NCBI RefSeq assembly: GCF_021869535.1
Contig: NW_026262745.1
Coordinates: forward strand, 59,210,001 to 59,274,000
Direction: 5' to 3'
Length of the DNA: 64,000 nt
Source: Mytilus californianus
Lineage: Eukaryota
A program made the position numbers and the translations under genes. The notes beneath the pieces were generated by a model that worked only from the letters and a program-made list of their open reading frames with translations, did not search any database and was not told the origin of the DNA. Of the stretch, positions 21,976 through 33,079 are shown piece after piece. How positions within the stretch are numbered: position 1 is the stretch's first letter; the number at the start of each line of letters is the position of its first letter.

Positions 21976-22578
21976 TTACAATTTGAATCTTTTCCATTTA
22001 AGTTTAGGTTTGTCATCAAGCAGTCTTGAAAGTTCTCTTTTTACACAAAGTTTATTGTTATTTGTCTGTTTTTTCTTTTTTCTAACGTGTTCACTTTCAG
22101 CTAATAGTTCATTTTTCAGTGTTGTAGTTGTATCCGATTGAAACAGTTGTCTTCTCATTCTATTTGAAATAAATCCCATAGGTATGTGGATCGTTTTAAG
22201 AAAATTATAAAAATGTATATATCCATTAGGTGGATGTTTGCATCCATATGGAATGACAACATCCCGCAATAAGTCAACAATATGAGTGTTTGGTATAGTT
22301 TCGTTGTTAATATGAATTTCTCCTCGTTTGTTCCAACTAATTAATGGTTGAGTCTGAAGAAAGTTCAATAGTTGTTTCCCCTTCTCTCTATATTTCACTG
22401 GTATGGTCAGCTCGATTAAAGTGTTCAATTCATGGTCAGAATTTTCATTTTTGGTTATTAATTCCTCCTTTGGTGAAAATTCTTCCTTAGAACAAGTTTG
22501 TTTGCTGCTTTCATTGTTTTCTGTTTGTACTATACTTTCATATCTATGTTTTGGAAGAAGAATCATTTCTCTTGTCAT
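21976..22578 (-). CDS. Maverick-associated hypothetical protein (~200 aa)
   Basis: Intact ORF with ISWNKRGEI..NETIPNTHIVDLL motif that I recall from Maverick ORFs; first ATG at 22578; overlaps the upstream ORF. Confidence 0.75.
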   Translation of the reverse strand: MTREMILLPKHRYESIVQTENNESSKQTCSKEEFSPKEELITKNENSDHELNTLIELTIPVKYREKGKQLLNFLQTQPLISWNKRGEIHINNETIPNTHIVDLLRDVVIPYGCKHPPNGYIHFYNFLKTIHIPMGFISNRMRRQLFQSDTTTTLKNELLAESEHVRKKKKQTNNNKLCVKRELSRLLDDKPKLKWKRFKL

Positions 22579-22888
22579 TTTTAATTGTTTCAAGTATTGG
22601 TTTTACAATAATAGGAATAATGTTATGATATTTCAGAAACAATTTTTTTCTCTGAATACGTGATGTCTCTCTGTGTGTTATTTTCCGAATGATACTTTTA
22701 TATTTCATAAGTTTCTTTTTAACTGATCGGCTAAGATGAAATACCCCCCATAACACATTTAAAAAACACTCAACTAAAAGTTGAAATTGTTTGTCGTTCA
22801 TAGTCTTCAACAATGCAATTTTCTGTTCTTCGTCATATGTAATTAAAAGCGATAAAAAATGTACATGGGCTAAAACTTGTTTACTCAT
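22544..22888 (-). CDS. Short helical basic Maverick protein (114 aa; possibly the PM-type core ORF)
   Basis: LVECFLNVLWGVFHLS..KKKL.KYK.IIRKI motif; ATGA overlap with the ATPase stop. The PM label is tentative. Confidence 0.7.
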   Translation of the reverse strand: MSKQVLAHVHFLSLLITYDEEQKIALLKTMNDKQFQLLVECFLNVLWGVFHLSRSVKKKLMKYKSIIRKITHRETSRIQRKKLFLKYHNIIPIIVKPILETIKNDKRNDSSSKT

Positions 22889-23550
22889 TTTGGAACAAAA
22901 ATTACTGGATCTTCTCCTTTGAAAATTTTTGTTCTCAATAAATATGTTTTATCTGTATGCGTTGACAAATCGATAATCAAATAACCAAACCTACTACAAA
23001 CTGCCTTTTCATAAGCTGACATGAAATAGTTTAATTGACCTGGGAGAATCTGTCTTCCTAAAACTGATAACTGGTGTTTGTCACGTTGGTTTTTTAGACA
23101 TATTATGTATGTTGCGTTTAACGAAATAGTACGTATGCATTTTCCAGGAGGGAAAAGATTTTGCATAAGAAACAAAACTGTTATATTACAATGATGAGAT
23201 TTGACGGTAAAAAGATTTAATACATCACTAGAGTTTGAAGCTTGACATAATAAATCATCAAGACAAAGAATCATATGTTCTTTATTTTCTGACCATTTAT
23301 CAATTTCCTCACTGGATGGTAAACCTTCGTGAAAAGTTATGTTTCTAACTTTTTTTTCCATCTCTGAAAACAAATTCTGATATGCAGAGTAACAATAAAT
23401 GGTTTTCTTTGGTGTTTTGGTAAATAGGTATTCAGATTGAGCCAGGATTTTATATGTAAGCATGGTTTTTCCTGACTGAGTAGGTCCAACTATTTGTATA
23501 CAACACGGTGATTGAAACGGCAAAAGCACTTTCTCCGTGTCTTCACACAT
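22885..23550 (-). CDS. FtsK/HerA (A32-like) genome-packaging ATPase, 221 aa
   Basis: Walker A GPTQSGKT, Walker B ILCLDD, FTVKSHH.NITV.FLMQNLF, RTISLNATY, YLIIDL. Confidence 0.95.
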   Translation of the reverse strand: MCEDTEKVLLPFQSPCCIQIVGPTQSGKTMLTYKILAQSEYLFTKTPKKTIYCYSAYQNLFSEMEKKVRNITFHEGLPSSEEIDKWSENKEHMILCLDDLLCQASNSSDVLNLFTVKSHHCNITVLFLMQNLFPPGKCIRTISLNATYIICLKNQRDKHQLSVLGRQILPGQLNYFMSAYEKAVCSRFGYLIIDLSTHTDKTYLLRTKIFKGEDPVIFVPK

Positions 23551-23852
23551 TTTTGTTTGTTTGTTGTCTAAACCTTAATTGACTTATGGATTGTGATTTA
23601 TTTTTCAAGGTATTTGTTTGTTTTATATACTGTTATTTCTAACTTGTTTTAGTTTTTTTTATTTGAGAAAGAAAATACACCACCAGAAAGAAAAAAAAAG
23701 AATCAAAATACATCACCAGAAAAAAAAGAATCAAAATACTACAACTGAAAAAAAAAAAGAACCAAGTACACAATAAAGTGCAACAAATGAAGTAAAATAC
23801 GGATGCAACCTAATGATTCCGGAATAAAAAGGCGGATATTAACGAACGATTC

Positions 23853-23935
23853 CGGAAATGATCGGAAATGACTTTACATTCGGAAATAAACGAATGTTTC
23901 CGACTACTACCGGAAATAAATATACATACGGAAAT
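23853..23935. promoter_or_regulatory. Cluster of five CGGAAAT motifs upstream of the ATPase gene block
   Basis: CGGAAAT at 23853, 23863, 23881, 23911, 23929 in otherwise CpG-poor DNA; the regulatory role is inferred. Confidence 0.5.
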
Positions 23936-24107
23936 AAACGAATGATTACGAATACAATCGAAATGATATAAACGAACATGAAGTCATTTCTAATCTTTAC
24001 CAGAAATATAATTTTTTCATTAAAAAATAAATACACAACGAAAAAATTTCATATCAGTATACTAATTTATTCAATGAAATATACATGTATTTATATATAA
24101 TACAATC

Positions 24108-24512
24108 TTATTGTGTGAAACGTTCTTCAAGTTTTACTTTCCTTTCCATTAAATTATAAACAGTCTCTTTCATTTTTTGTGATCGAAGTGTATCAAGGAA
24201 CAACACATGAAGAATGAAAAAGTTTAAAACGACACTATTTTCCAAGTTCAATGTTCTCACATTTTCTCTGTACTTTCCTAGTATGTGACTGTATTTAAAT
24301 TCACAATACGCCTGTTCAAAATGTTTTTCAAGTTTATCCAGTTCACTATCCATCAAACAATCGTGTCTATGTTGTGATCCATGTTCAACTTTGCATCCCT
24401 GGCAAAACTTCTTTGATAATTGTTGCACCATTTCTTCTAATAATTCAGCAAAAGAAAACAATAATATAGTTGAAAGTAGCCTTTTTCCCATACCGTCTTT
24501 AATGTCCACCAT
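24108..24512 (-). CDS. Accessory protein with CxxC..HxSQxxHxC putative zinc-binding motif, 134 aa
   Basis: FCQGCKVEHGSQHRHDCL; intact ORF 7 nt downstream of the previous stop. Confidence 0.75.
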   Translation of the reverse strand: MVDIKDGMGKRLLSTILLFSFAELLEEMVQQLSKKFCQGCKVEHGSQHRHDCLMDSELDKLEKHFEQAYCEFKYSHILGKYRENVRTLNLENSVVLNFFILHVLFLDTLRSQKMKETVYNLMERKVKLEERFTQ

Positions 24513-24519
24513 TATATTA

Positions 24520-24780
24520 TCAGTGTTCGTCTATAAATGAATAAAGAAATAAGATGCTTTCCTTTAGATTACACAGTTTTGTCCAATTTTCTTTACTGAT
24601 CAGAATCTTTTTCCCTTTTATAACAAGCTGTAATCGGGTATGTTTTCCTCTTTTCTTCACCACCACTTTTATCGTTTCATCAATTAAACATTCAATCTGT
24701 TTCTTGAATAAATCAGTATGCAAATGTTCAAAGTCACAACCGTACACCTCCTTAGATAAATCAACCTGTGCCTGTGCCAT
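24520..24780 (-). CDS. Small accessory protein, 86 aa (weakly PC4-like)
   Basis: Intact ORF; KKILISKENWTKLCNLKESI resembles the PC4 C-terminal strand-helix pattern; similarity is weak. Confidence 0.55.
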   Translation of the reverse strand: MAQAQVDLSKEVYGCDFEHLHTDLFKKQIECLIDETIKVVVKKRGKHTRLQLVIKGKKILISKENWTKLCNLKESILFLYSFIDEH

Positions 24781-24943
24781 TGATATAATTGTGTACTTTT
24801 ATAGTTGTGGTCGCGGATTAAATTGTTCATAATGATTCATAAAAAGATTAACGAAACGTATAGTAAACGTTTCAGTCACGTGAGGGGGAGGAGGGTCACT
24901 AAAACACTCCTTTTTTCCTCCTTTCTTTTAATATGAATATCAT

Positions 24944-25174
24944 TTATATTTTATTTATAGAGGGGTTTGGTAAAATGTAACCAGTACAACCACTTAACAA
25001 ACTAACCCATAGTTCTATACTTCCATTTTGTGTTGACAAATTAACAACTGCTGCAATAACAATTATGAAAACTATTATCATCTGACAAAAATACACGATC
25101 TCTGCTTTTGGTACATTCTGCCCGAAAAAACACCACTTTGTTTGAGGGTTTTCTGTGCTCATTCTCTCTAACAT
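24944..25174 (-). CDS. Small two-TM membrane protein, 76 aa
   Basis: Hydrophobic segments IVYFCQMIIVFIIVIAAVVNL and LWVSLLSGCTGYILPNP. Confidence 0.75.
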   Translation of the reverse strand: MLERMSTENPQTKWCFFGQNVPKAEIVYFCQMIIVFIIVIAAVVNLSTQNGSIELWVSLLSGCTGYILPNPSINKI

Positions 25175-25527
25175 TTCAACTTAAATGATTTTTTTTTTTC
25201 ATATACACAAAAATATATATCTATATTTTATAGGAGAATTTCATTAAGAAGGTGTAATTTCCAATTTTCAATATGAAAACTTTTGTTATCATAATGCTGT
25301 TTTAGTTGAAATAATGTGTGTTTATCAATCGAAAGTAATAAAATATATAATCTAGTTTTCTTTTCTTCGAAAATAAACGAGTTGTGAACCTTTTGTAAAT
25401 ATTTCATAATCGTTGGAGAAGAAAATCGAACTGATCATGTACAACAATAAAATACTCTTTTTGAATGATTTGTTGGTCCTAAAAAGGACCGTTGTACGCA
25501 TGTAAATGATATACATGGATTTTTTTT

Positions 25528-25836
25528 TTATTGGTAGTTGACAGGATCCATAAACTTGTAGTCTGCTAACACTGCATCAAAGTAACAACCACAAAAATAA
25601 AGATCTTCAATAAACTCTGGGTGGTGTTCAAAGTTGTATAGAATACAAACAATGTAACCGTTTTTTAGAAGCCATGTTTCTACTGGACACCGAGATAGTT
25701 CTTCATGATGAAGTTTATCAACCCTGTTCCTTATCAAATTTGCAGTCTTTTTTGGACCTCTTCGCGATCGTCTGATCTTTCCTGTCAATTCTCTTTCTCT
25801 TAAAAGTGTATACATATTAAAATTTTGGAGATTCAT
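25528..25836 (-). CDS. Hypothetical protein, 102 aa, first ORF inside the right TIR
   Basis: ATG-initiated intact ORF with TATA-like sequence at ~25873-25879 upstream; has an internal paralogue at 17525-17632. Confidence 0.7.
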   Translation of the reverse strand: MNLQNFNMYTLLRERELTGKIRRSRRGPKKTANLIRNRVDKLHHEELSRCPVETWLLKNGYIVCILYNFEHHPEFIEDLYFCGCYFDAVLADYKFMDPVNYQ

Positions 25837-25915
25837 ATTGTTTGTTCTTATGGAAATACTGTTGATGTATGATATATAGTAAACGTTTTTCTTAGTTTAT
25901 AAACTGATTGCATTC

Positions 25916-26427
25916 AGATTATACTTCAGGATGTAAACGTGGATAGGTCAACGTGTATACCACGTTTACAAGATCATACGTAGGAGGGTAGGGGGATTAA
26001 AAACACTTCCGTTAATTTTCCACCACCGGATTTTAACCAGGATGTTAAGTAGCAGTTAAGAGGATTACAAGATTAATCTACTTCAGTTAAGAGGATTATA
26101 ACCAGGATGTTAAGTACAAGTTAAGAGGATTACAAGATTAATCTACTTCAGTTAAGAGGATTATAACCAGGATGTTAAGTACAAGTTAAGAAGATTAAGA
26201 GATTAATCCACTTCAGTTAAGAGGATTATAACCAGGATGTTAAGTAGCAGTTAAGAGGATTAAGAGATTAATCCACTTCAGTTAAGAGGATTATAACCCG
26301 GATGTTAAGTAGCAGTTAAGAGGATTAAGAGATTATAGACCGGATACTACGTCATAGTTAAGAGGATTAGCTGTGACGTGGCTTCCTGTGGGGGAATTGT
26401 GGGGGACTGACCCCATTTCATACTACT
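25916..26427 (-). repeat. Right terminal inverted repeat, 512 bp
   Basis: Reverse complement of 7968-8479. Confidence 0.97.
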
Positions 26428-26433
26428 TATATT
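26428..26433. other. Target-site duplication TATATT (right copy)
   Basis: TATATT immediately follows CATACTACT; 6-bp TSDs are typical of Maverick rve integrases. Confidence 0.97.
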
Positions 26434-27389
26434 CTTTCTTCTGAATTGTTACGGTTTTAAGAGAATTGTGTTTTAATGGCAGATCTTAGTTTCTGTTAAA
26501 ATTTTACACTTTGTAAATAGTGACGATCAAATCAAATCAAAGAAATTTTCTTTTAAGTCTGCAAGTCAAATGACAATACAACATAAATTATTAACCTCTG
26601 AGTGACTTTTTGAACCGACATATACGATTTAGAACTTGGCATATTGATAAGTAACCTATCTATTGATGTTCACGTGTCTATATGTTACCCTCTAAATGCG
26701 CTTAGGTGGATTTTGTCGTTTGATTGCTGTCTTATTGGCATATAACCGACATCTCGTACGTTTAAGTTCCGTTTGATGTACTTCTAAAGTGTTGTGTGCC
26801 AAATCATAAATGAAAGGGTTGTAGATAATTTAATTGCTTTTCTTTCCCTCAAGAATACCCTACTAGGAAGACAAATCGAAGAGAAACGTACTCTAATTTA
26901 TAGATATACTAAAGTCCGAAGTTTACCGAACGTGGCCTTAATAAACACATTAATCAGGAAGCATCTGAAAAATAAGTTATAGATGATAGACATGCAAAAG
27001 ACGGATGTTTGATTTTTGTTGATAATTTAACTTTGTAATTAGAGCTGTTAAATGAGTTTGTTAAATTCGTCTGTCAACACCATCCAAATTCTACGTTTGT
27101 TAACTTCTTTCATCACGGGTAGTCTTTTGCACTTGGGTTGTGTGGTTGCCGAAGTCCTAACAATTATTTTTCTCGTGGTTAAGATCACTGCATACGAAAA
27201 GCTATCTGAGAATTACGGAGTTTGGGAAAACAATACATCAATATCAGTTCAGTTATGAAGATTTTGATAAGATAAAGGATTTACTTTAAAAAGAAAGTCC
27301 ATGTGCAGGTGTTTTACAGTAAAACTTAACCATTCATTTTGTTTATCCTACTGTAACAACCTACTATTAGCATTCTTGGTTGTTGTCTC

Positions 27390-28392
27390 GCCTTCACAGA
27401 GTCAAAGAGCGAGACATAGGTATGCTGTTTCCGGCGTCGGTGGCGTCAACGATGTATTAGTTTTTGATGAGGTAATTTTATGGGGAACCACTAGTGGTAG
27501 GTCAATGATATTTGGTATGCAGTTATATTAACATTGGTACATCTCATTTCCATGAAGATTGTGGGACCCTGCCTCCTCAGTCATGGTATATTGACTTTGA
27601 AACTTTTTCTTAGTTTACACATTTAAGCTTGTGATTAGACCAATCAATTTTGGCTAACCACTAGTTGTTGGTCAATATATTTGGAATGCATATGTATTAT
27701 CATTGGCACATCTCATTTCCAGGAGATTGTTTGGTTCTGTACATTCAGTCATTGTTCATTGACTTTGATAATTTTGCATAACATTTGCAATTTTTATTTC
27801 AACATTTGCATTTTATTATCAAAATAACAAAAAGACAAGACATATCTCTGTGTTAACAGTTTATTCTTGACCATTCGTTTAAAAAACAAAATCAGAAGTT
27901 CTACTAACTATATCGGCAACAGTTGACTTGTTAGTAGATTCTGCCTTGCAGATAATTTATGGATTTAAATTGTCTTTTTATCTATTTTGATTTGTATCAT
28001 ATAAGACAAAACGAAAAAAATGGTAAAAAACGTCATTAAAGGGCAATAACTCAAATTCTCATTTTTGCAATTTAGTGTTTCTTTCTATCTGTTATAGTTT
28101 TCATGATAATAGGCAAACTGAATAAACATGGTAAAATTTTCTCTATTTATAACGGTGTTCCGAACAATATACAAAACTTGCACTTTACCCCTATGTTCTA
28201 TTTTAAGACATGTCAGCCATCTTGGTTGACAGGCGGGGTCAAAGGACATATTTTTTTGAAACTAGATACCCCAATGATGATTGTTGTCAAGTTTGGTTAA
28301 ATTTGGCCCATTTAGATTTTTGTAAAAGTTAACAGACGATGACGACGGACGTCAAGTGATGAGAGAAGCTCACTTGGGCCAGGTGAGCTAAA
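27390..28392. mobile_element. Non-autonomous Helentron/HINE-like repeat pieces
   Basis: GAGCGAGACATAGG..CCGGCGTCGGTGGCGTC head, internal duplicated block, and terminal hairpin GCTCACTTGGGCCAGGTGAGC followed by an A-run at ~28368-28395. Confidence 0.55.
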
Positions 28393-29140
28393 AATAATGA
28401 ACTGAGATAAAAAAATCCACTTTTTAATATATGCATGTATATTCCACCACTGCATCAAGTGTGTTATGATATTTCTCCACTCGAGACAGTTTAATTTTTA
28501 GTTTAAATATGGGAGGCTTGCCGAACGTTTTAAATATTTAAAATTTAACTGTTGAGAGTAGAGAAATATCGTTATACACGCGATGAAGTGATAAATCTGT
28601 TTCGCTATTGATTTTTAGACAAGTTTTATCCTTCCTTTTCAGAGATTTGCAGAAAGTTGTGTTCTTTATATGTGACGTCATCGGACATGGTCGCCTTTTT
28701 TCATGACGTCACAATAGGAATTTTAGAAGCAATCAAGAAAATTTTACGGCATAATTTTATTCCGACCAATCACTTGCCATAAACAAAGTTTTCTCTAAAG
28801 AATAGAAATATTTTTCTCACACCGATCGAGTAATGTGATAATAGCATGAAAATTAGAGAAAATAACTGTTTATTACAGTATTGCTTTCTCTTCAATGTTT
28901 GATGCTATTATCTCTTAGAAATTAGTTGATGAATTTAAAAATGAAACAGAAACTAAAATTTCAATCCTAAGACAAAGCTAACCTTGGAGGAATTTGGCTA
29001 TGGTTTAAGGCGTCCAAAGGCCAGAAAGCATATTGACCTAATCATGTATTTAAACATCCATCGCTTTTCAAATTTTTGGTCCTTGCGTTCCTCTTGTTTT
29101 TGGTAAAGGGAATCAAGAGAGCAACTTTGTACACACCAAA

Positions 29141-31077
29141 TTAAAAAGTGTAATTGTCTTCTTCGTCAAACTGCATTAGCAAATCAACAATGTTTTCTTT
29201 TCCGCACATCTCTGCTAGATCTACTGCAGTATTTGTGATATTAACGTCGTCTGGAATAAAAATATCCCAAGTTCTTACATTATAAGATAGGAGACACTTT
29301 ACTATATCACAATGCCCTTGTCCAATTGCTACATAAAGAGGCGATTCAAAATTTCTGTCCTGTAAATTCACATCAGCCCCATATTTAATTAAAATATCTG
29401 CAATATTTGTATAACCAAAATGACATGCTGCTGTTAGCGGCGTTTGCTTTCTATGAAAGTTTTCATCAACAAATTCATCTTCTTTATACAGTGGAGATGA
29501 ATTTACGCTCTCTTCATCTATGTATTGCAACATCAATTCAACGATATCGGCATTCCCACTGTAACAACCTAATTTGAGCATTCTCGACCTTTCTTCTAAA
29601 TTTGTTCCAAACACTAAATCAGAAGATTCATCTTGACTTTGTACATGTTCAACAATTTCAAGCAAAAGATGCATATGTCCATAGTAAACAATCCAGCTTA
29701 TAGTGCTGTGAATATGACAACAATGCTTCCATTTATCACCGTAAAATATATGCTTATCCATCAATAGTTCTTGTCTGGTAAGTTCATCATATATAAGGTC
29801 ATCATCCTTTTCTTGGTTTTCGTCTTCTCTCGTTACATTTTTCATAACATACCGAGGGTCAAAAGGAGAACGGAAAAGTATTCGTAGTTTAAATTCACAG
29901 TATGGTATCTGCTTGAAAAAATTGATAAAGACGTATAAAAATTGAATATTGTTCAAAGAAGTGTTCCTAAAAACGTCAAATAGGTGCATATCTTTGATGT
30001 CACTATACATTCTATCTGCCAGTAATGGAAAATAAATTTTCGAGAGTTTAATTTTGAGGTTGTCGAACGTCGATTCCCCACAAACAATAAGTTTATTTGC
30101 CACAAAATGACTTGGCATGTATTTCAAGATATGTGTCACATGGTCCGTACCAAAATGGAAAGCGACAATTTCATATATTGAGTCATGGATAAACGTGAAT
30201 TCGTTGTTAACTTCAGAAACAAATGTCCCTGTTATCTGTTTTAATGCGTCGATAATTTGCCTATCAGATGTACTTCTGTTTAAACCACAACAGTTATATA
30301 TATCTTCTTTAACATTATTATCTGGAAGACTTTGTAGGGAAATTTTGTTTTCATTCACAAGGCATAGAACCATTGCAGTATACTGTGTAGGATTGGTCCC
30401 TTGAAGTATCTCCATTTGGTTTATAAGACATTCAAATGGTTTATTGAAAAATCTGGAGCCAAATTTATGACAAGTTTTGTCTTTTGCAAACAACTTACAA
30501 ACAAATGGAAACATTATTTCTGCAGAGTTGAATGACAGCGTATTATAAACACTGCTGTCAATTCCGGCTTTGTTGCAATGTTGTGCTAGCATTTTCATTT
30601 TCTCTTCCTCGGATAAGTCAAAATCTCCCCCATGTAAATCAACAATATTTTTGGTGATGAATGAGTCAAACTTTAAAGCTTCCTTGTAAACTGTTTTTCT
30701 GCAAGTGAATATAAGTTTCGACTGGTTTCCTAGTAATTTTAGTAATCTTTCTTGATGCCTTATGATGTTGTTCAACATCGTTATATCTACAGCGAAAATA
30801 CCCAATATATCATCAAGAATGAAAACTTGATTTATAGAGGATTTGCCATATAAAAGGACCTCCTCTGGTCCGCAGACTGGAACAATTTCTGCACCTGCTT
30901 TTCCCAACTGCAAAGCAATATGGCGAGCTGTTGCTGTTTTGCCAGAGCCTGGACCTCCTATGAAGGTTAAGTATTTCTTGTTTTCCATCATGTTCAGTGC
31001 TGCATCATAAACACGTGTTCCCTCATAAAACACAATGTCTTCCTGTTTCCAGTCCTTTAGAACATCAACTTGACAAT
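29141..31077 (-). CDS. Last exon of the HEPN-STAND-ankyrin gene: STAND (nSTAND3-like) NTPase plus ankyrin repeats
   Basis: Acceptor TTTCAG| at 31078; Walker A GGPGSGKT, Walker B VFILDD; ankyrin units TPLTAACHFG..GADVN, SPLYVAIGQG, TAVDLAEMCG; open to the TAA at 29141. Confidence 0.92.
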
Positions 31078-31639
31078 CTGAAATACAAATCAAAATTCTT
31101 GTTGGTTTTTTTTAATCTCAAAATTAGTATTAACTTTATTTACTATCACAGGAGCGGCATCGATGTTGATTGCCTCATTATGTACACTCGCTGTCACACA
31201 TTTGGAAGGCATTATATTTGAAATATTCTAGGCATTAAAATAAGTAATGTCCAGTAATGATTTCGCTGAGATCTGTTAAATCAATTTTATGCAGTATGTA
31301 ACTCGTTTTTTTTTTCAAATTATATTTAACGATATAACCATTTTTTACAAATCATATGTAGTTATTATTATTTCAAAATATGTTGCCAATGAAATAGTGT
31401 CACGATTTTTTAGTCAAAGAGAAACCAGCTACAAAAATGTGCTTAGAACACTATAGACTAGACAACACAATCTCAATTGAAACACAAGGAAAGCAAACTT
31501 GTTCTGGTAGTGTAAGAAGATCCTGCTCCTAATGGGGTCCTGTTGTTGAGGATAATTACAATTTTCATATTAAGTCTCATTCGTTCATATCACAATTGAG
31601 GAAAATAAGACAGGGTTGTGGCCACGATAATTCTTACAT

Positions 31640-31830
31640 ATCCATGATCATCTGTGGCACAGACATCAATAACGGTCAATCAACTCATGATGGCATCCGT
31701 AAAATTTTCGAAAGAAGACAGTTAATTAAGCTCTGAAATATCTCGTCAACTAGAAGACAAATACTCCACATGTTGGCGCTGCTGAATGTTGGTACATAGA
31801 AAAGAAGAGTTCCAATCTGGAAGCGGAAAC
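31640..31830 (-). mobile_element. Penelope-like retroelement fragment
   Basis: Minus strand ..RKFYGCHHELIDRY.. homologous to the 36870 copy. Confidence 0.55.
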
Positions 31831-32499
31831 AATCTCTTTTGACGAAATTTAATTGTTTTCAAAAAAACTGTCATTGTAAATTTCTATGTGTTAGTTCTAT
31901 GAAATTTAACTTAATTGTAACTGTGGTATCAAAAATATTACTAAAAATAACAAACTCTAAGGTCAATTCAAAAAGGAAGTCCATAAATCCTGACAAAATC
32001 AAACGCTGGGCTATATGTATGTCAACGACTGTCGTATTCCTGCACGGGCATATTCCAAAGAAAATATTGGGTTTTATCTGTTTTTAAAGCTAGCCAAACC
32101 TCCCAATTGTATGAAATTGTCTTTATATTATCAAAATGTATGTGACCAACCAAAATAGACATAATTGCTTAAAGTGACCATAATTCGAATGTAGCAACCA
32201 CAATCAACATAGTCATTTTACTCTGAATCATTTAGGGAACTTTAACTTTTAGTATATAGCTTGTAGCTATAGGACAATGCTAGATTTCTTTCGTTCCTAC
32301 TTATAAGCTCTTGTATGGACAGATGAAGTCTTACTCATATGAAAAAAGACATGTGTCGACAAGAAGAGGAGCATAGTTTATCCCAATAGTAATGCCAATG
32401 AGAAACACCGCCAAATTTTTTTCTTGCGGTGTATAGTGGTTTCGTAAGATGTCGCTTATATATTTTGCATATGATATCGAACAGTTATTGCGCTTTTAA

Positions 32500-33079
32500 A
32501 GGAGTAGGTCCAGTAAGACCCTTTTTTGGCCCCAAAATATAGCAGTTTTACAAAATTGTTAAAATGTAAACTTTTAGCTGTTTATTTGAAAGTAGAATAC
32601 TTATGTTACATAAATATGGGCTGTTTTTGACAATACAATGCACATATATCGGGCACTAGCATCAATAAGTCATGCTAAATTAATGAAATCTTCACAATTC
32701 AAGCATCTGAGTTAAATTTAAGACAGTTTCCGTCTTAAATGGAAGTGGCCGCATTCGTGTTCATTCTTAATATTTAAATGTAAGTTGTATTTTATGATAA
32801 TACATAACATATATGAAGGTTGAGAGTGAATACGGATGCGGCCACTTTCATTTTTGACAAAAACCATCTGAAAAGTGACCTATTATGGCATATTTGACAG
32901 ATTTTTCATATTTAAGCTTGAATTTGAGCGTCTTTAATGACTGAATCAGTTCAAATCTTTCACATAAACTAAATGAATCGACTCAAGTAGACACTTAAGT
33001 GTTTAAAAAGTGTCCAAAATTTTTCATCAAATGAACCTGAAATTTGAGGCCAAAATCGGTCCTTACCGGACCTACTCCT
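32500..33079. mobile_element. 580-bp non-autonomous DNA transposon (Kolobok-like) with TIRs and an internal hairpin
   Basis: AGGAGTAGGTCCAGTAAG...CTTACCGGACCTACTCCT, flanked by TTAA / TTTA; internal inverted pair AAGTGGCCGCAT...ATGCGGCCACTT. Superfamily tentative. Confidence 0.75.

Larger units (their letters stand above)
7968..26427. mobile_element. Maverick/Polinton (adintovirus-like) endogenous virus-like element, full length 18,460 bp
   Basis: AGTAGT...ACTACT termini, 512-bp TIRs, 6-bp TSD, pPolB, DJR major capsid, minor capsid, rve integrase, packaging ATPase. Confidence 0.98.
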
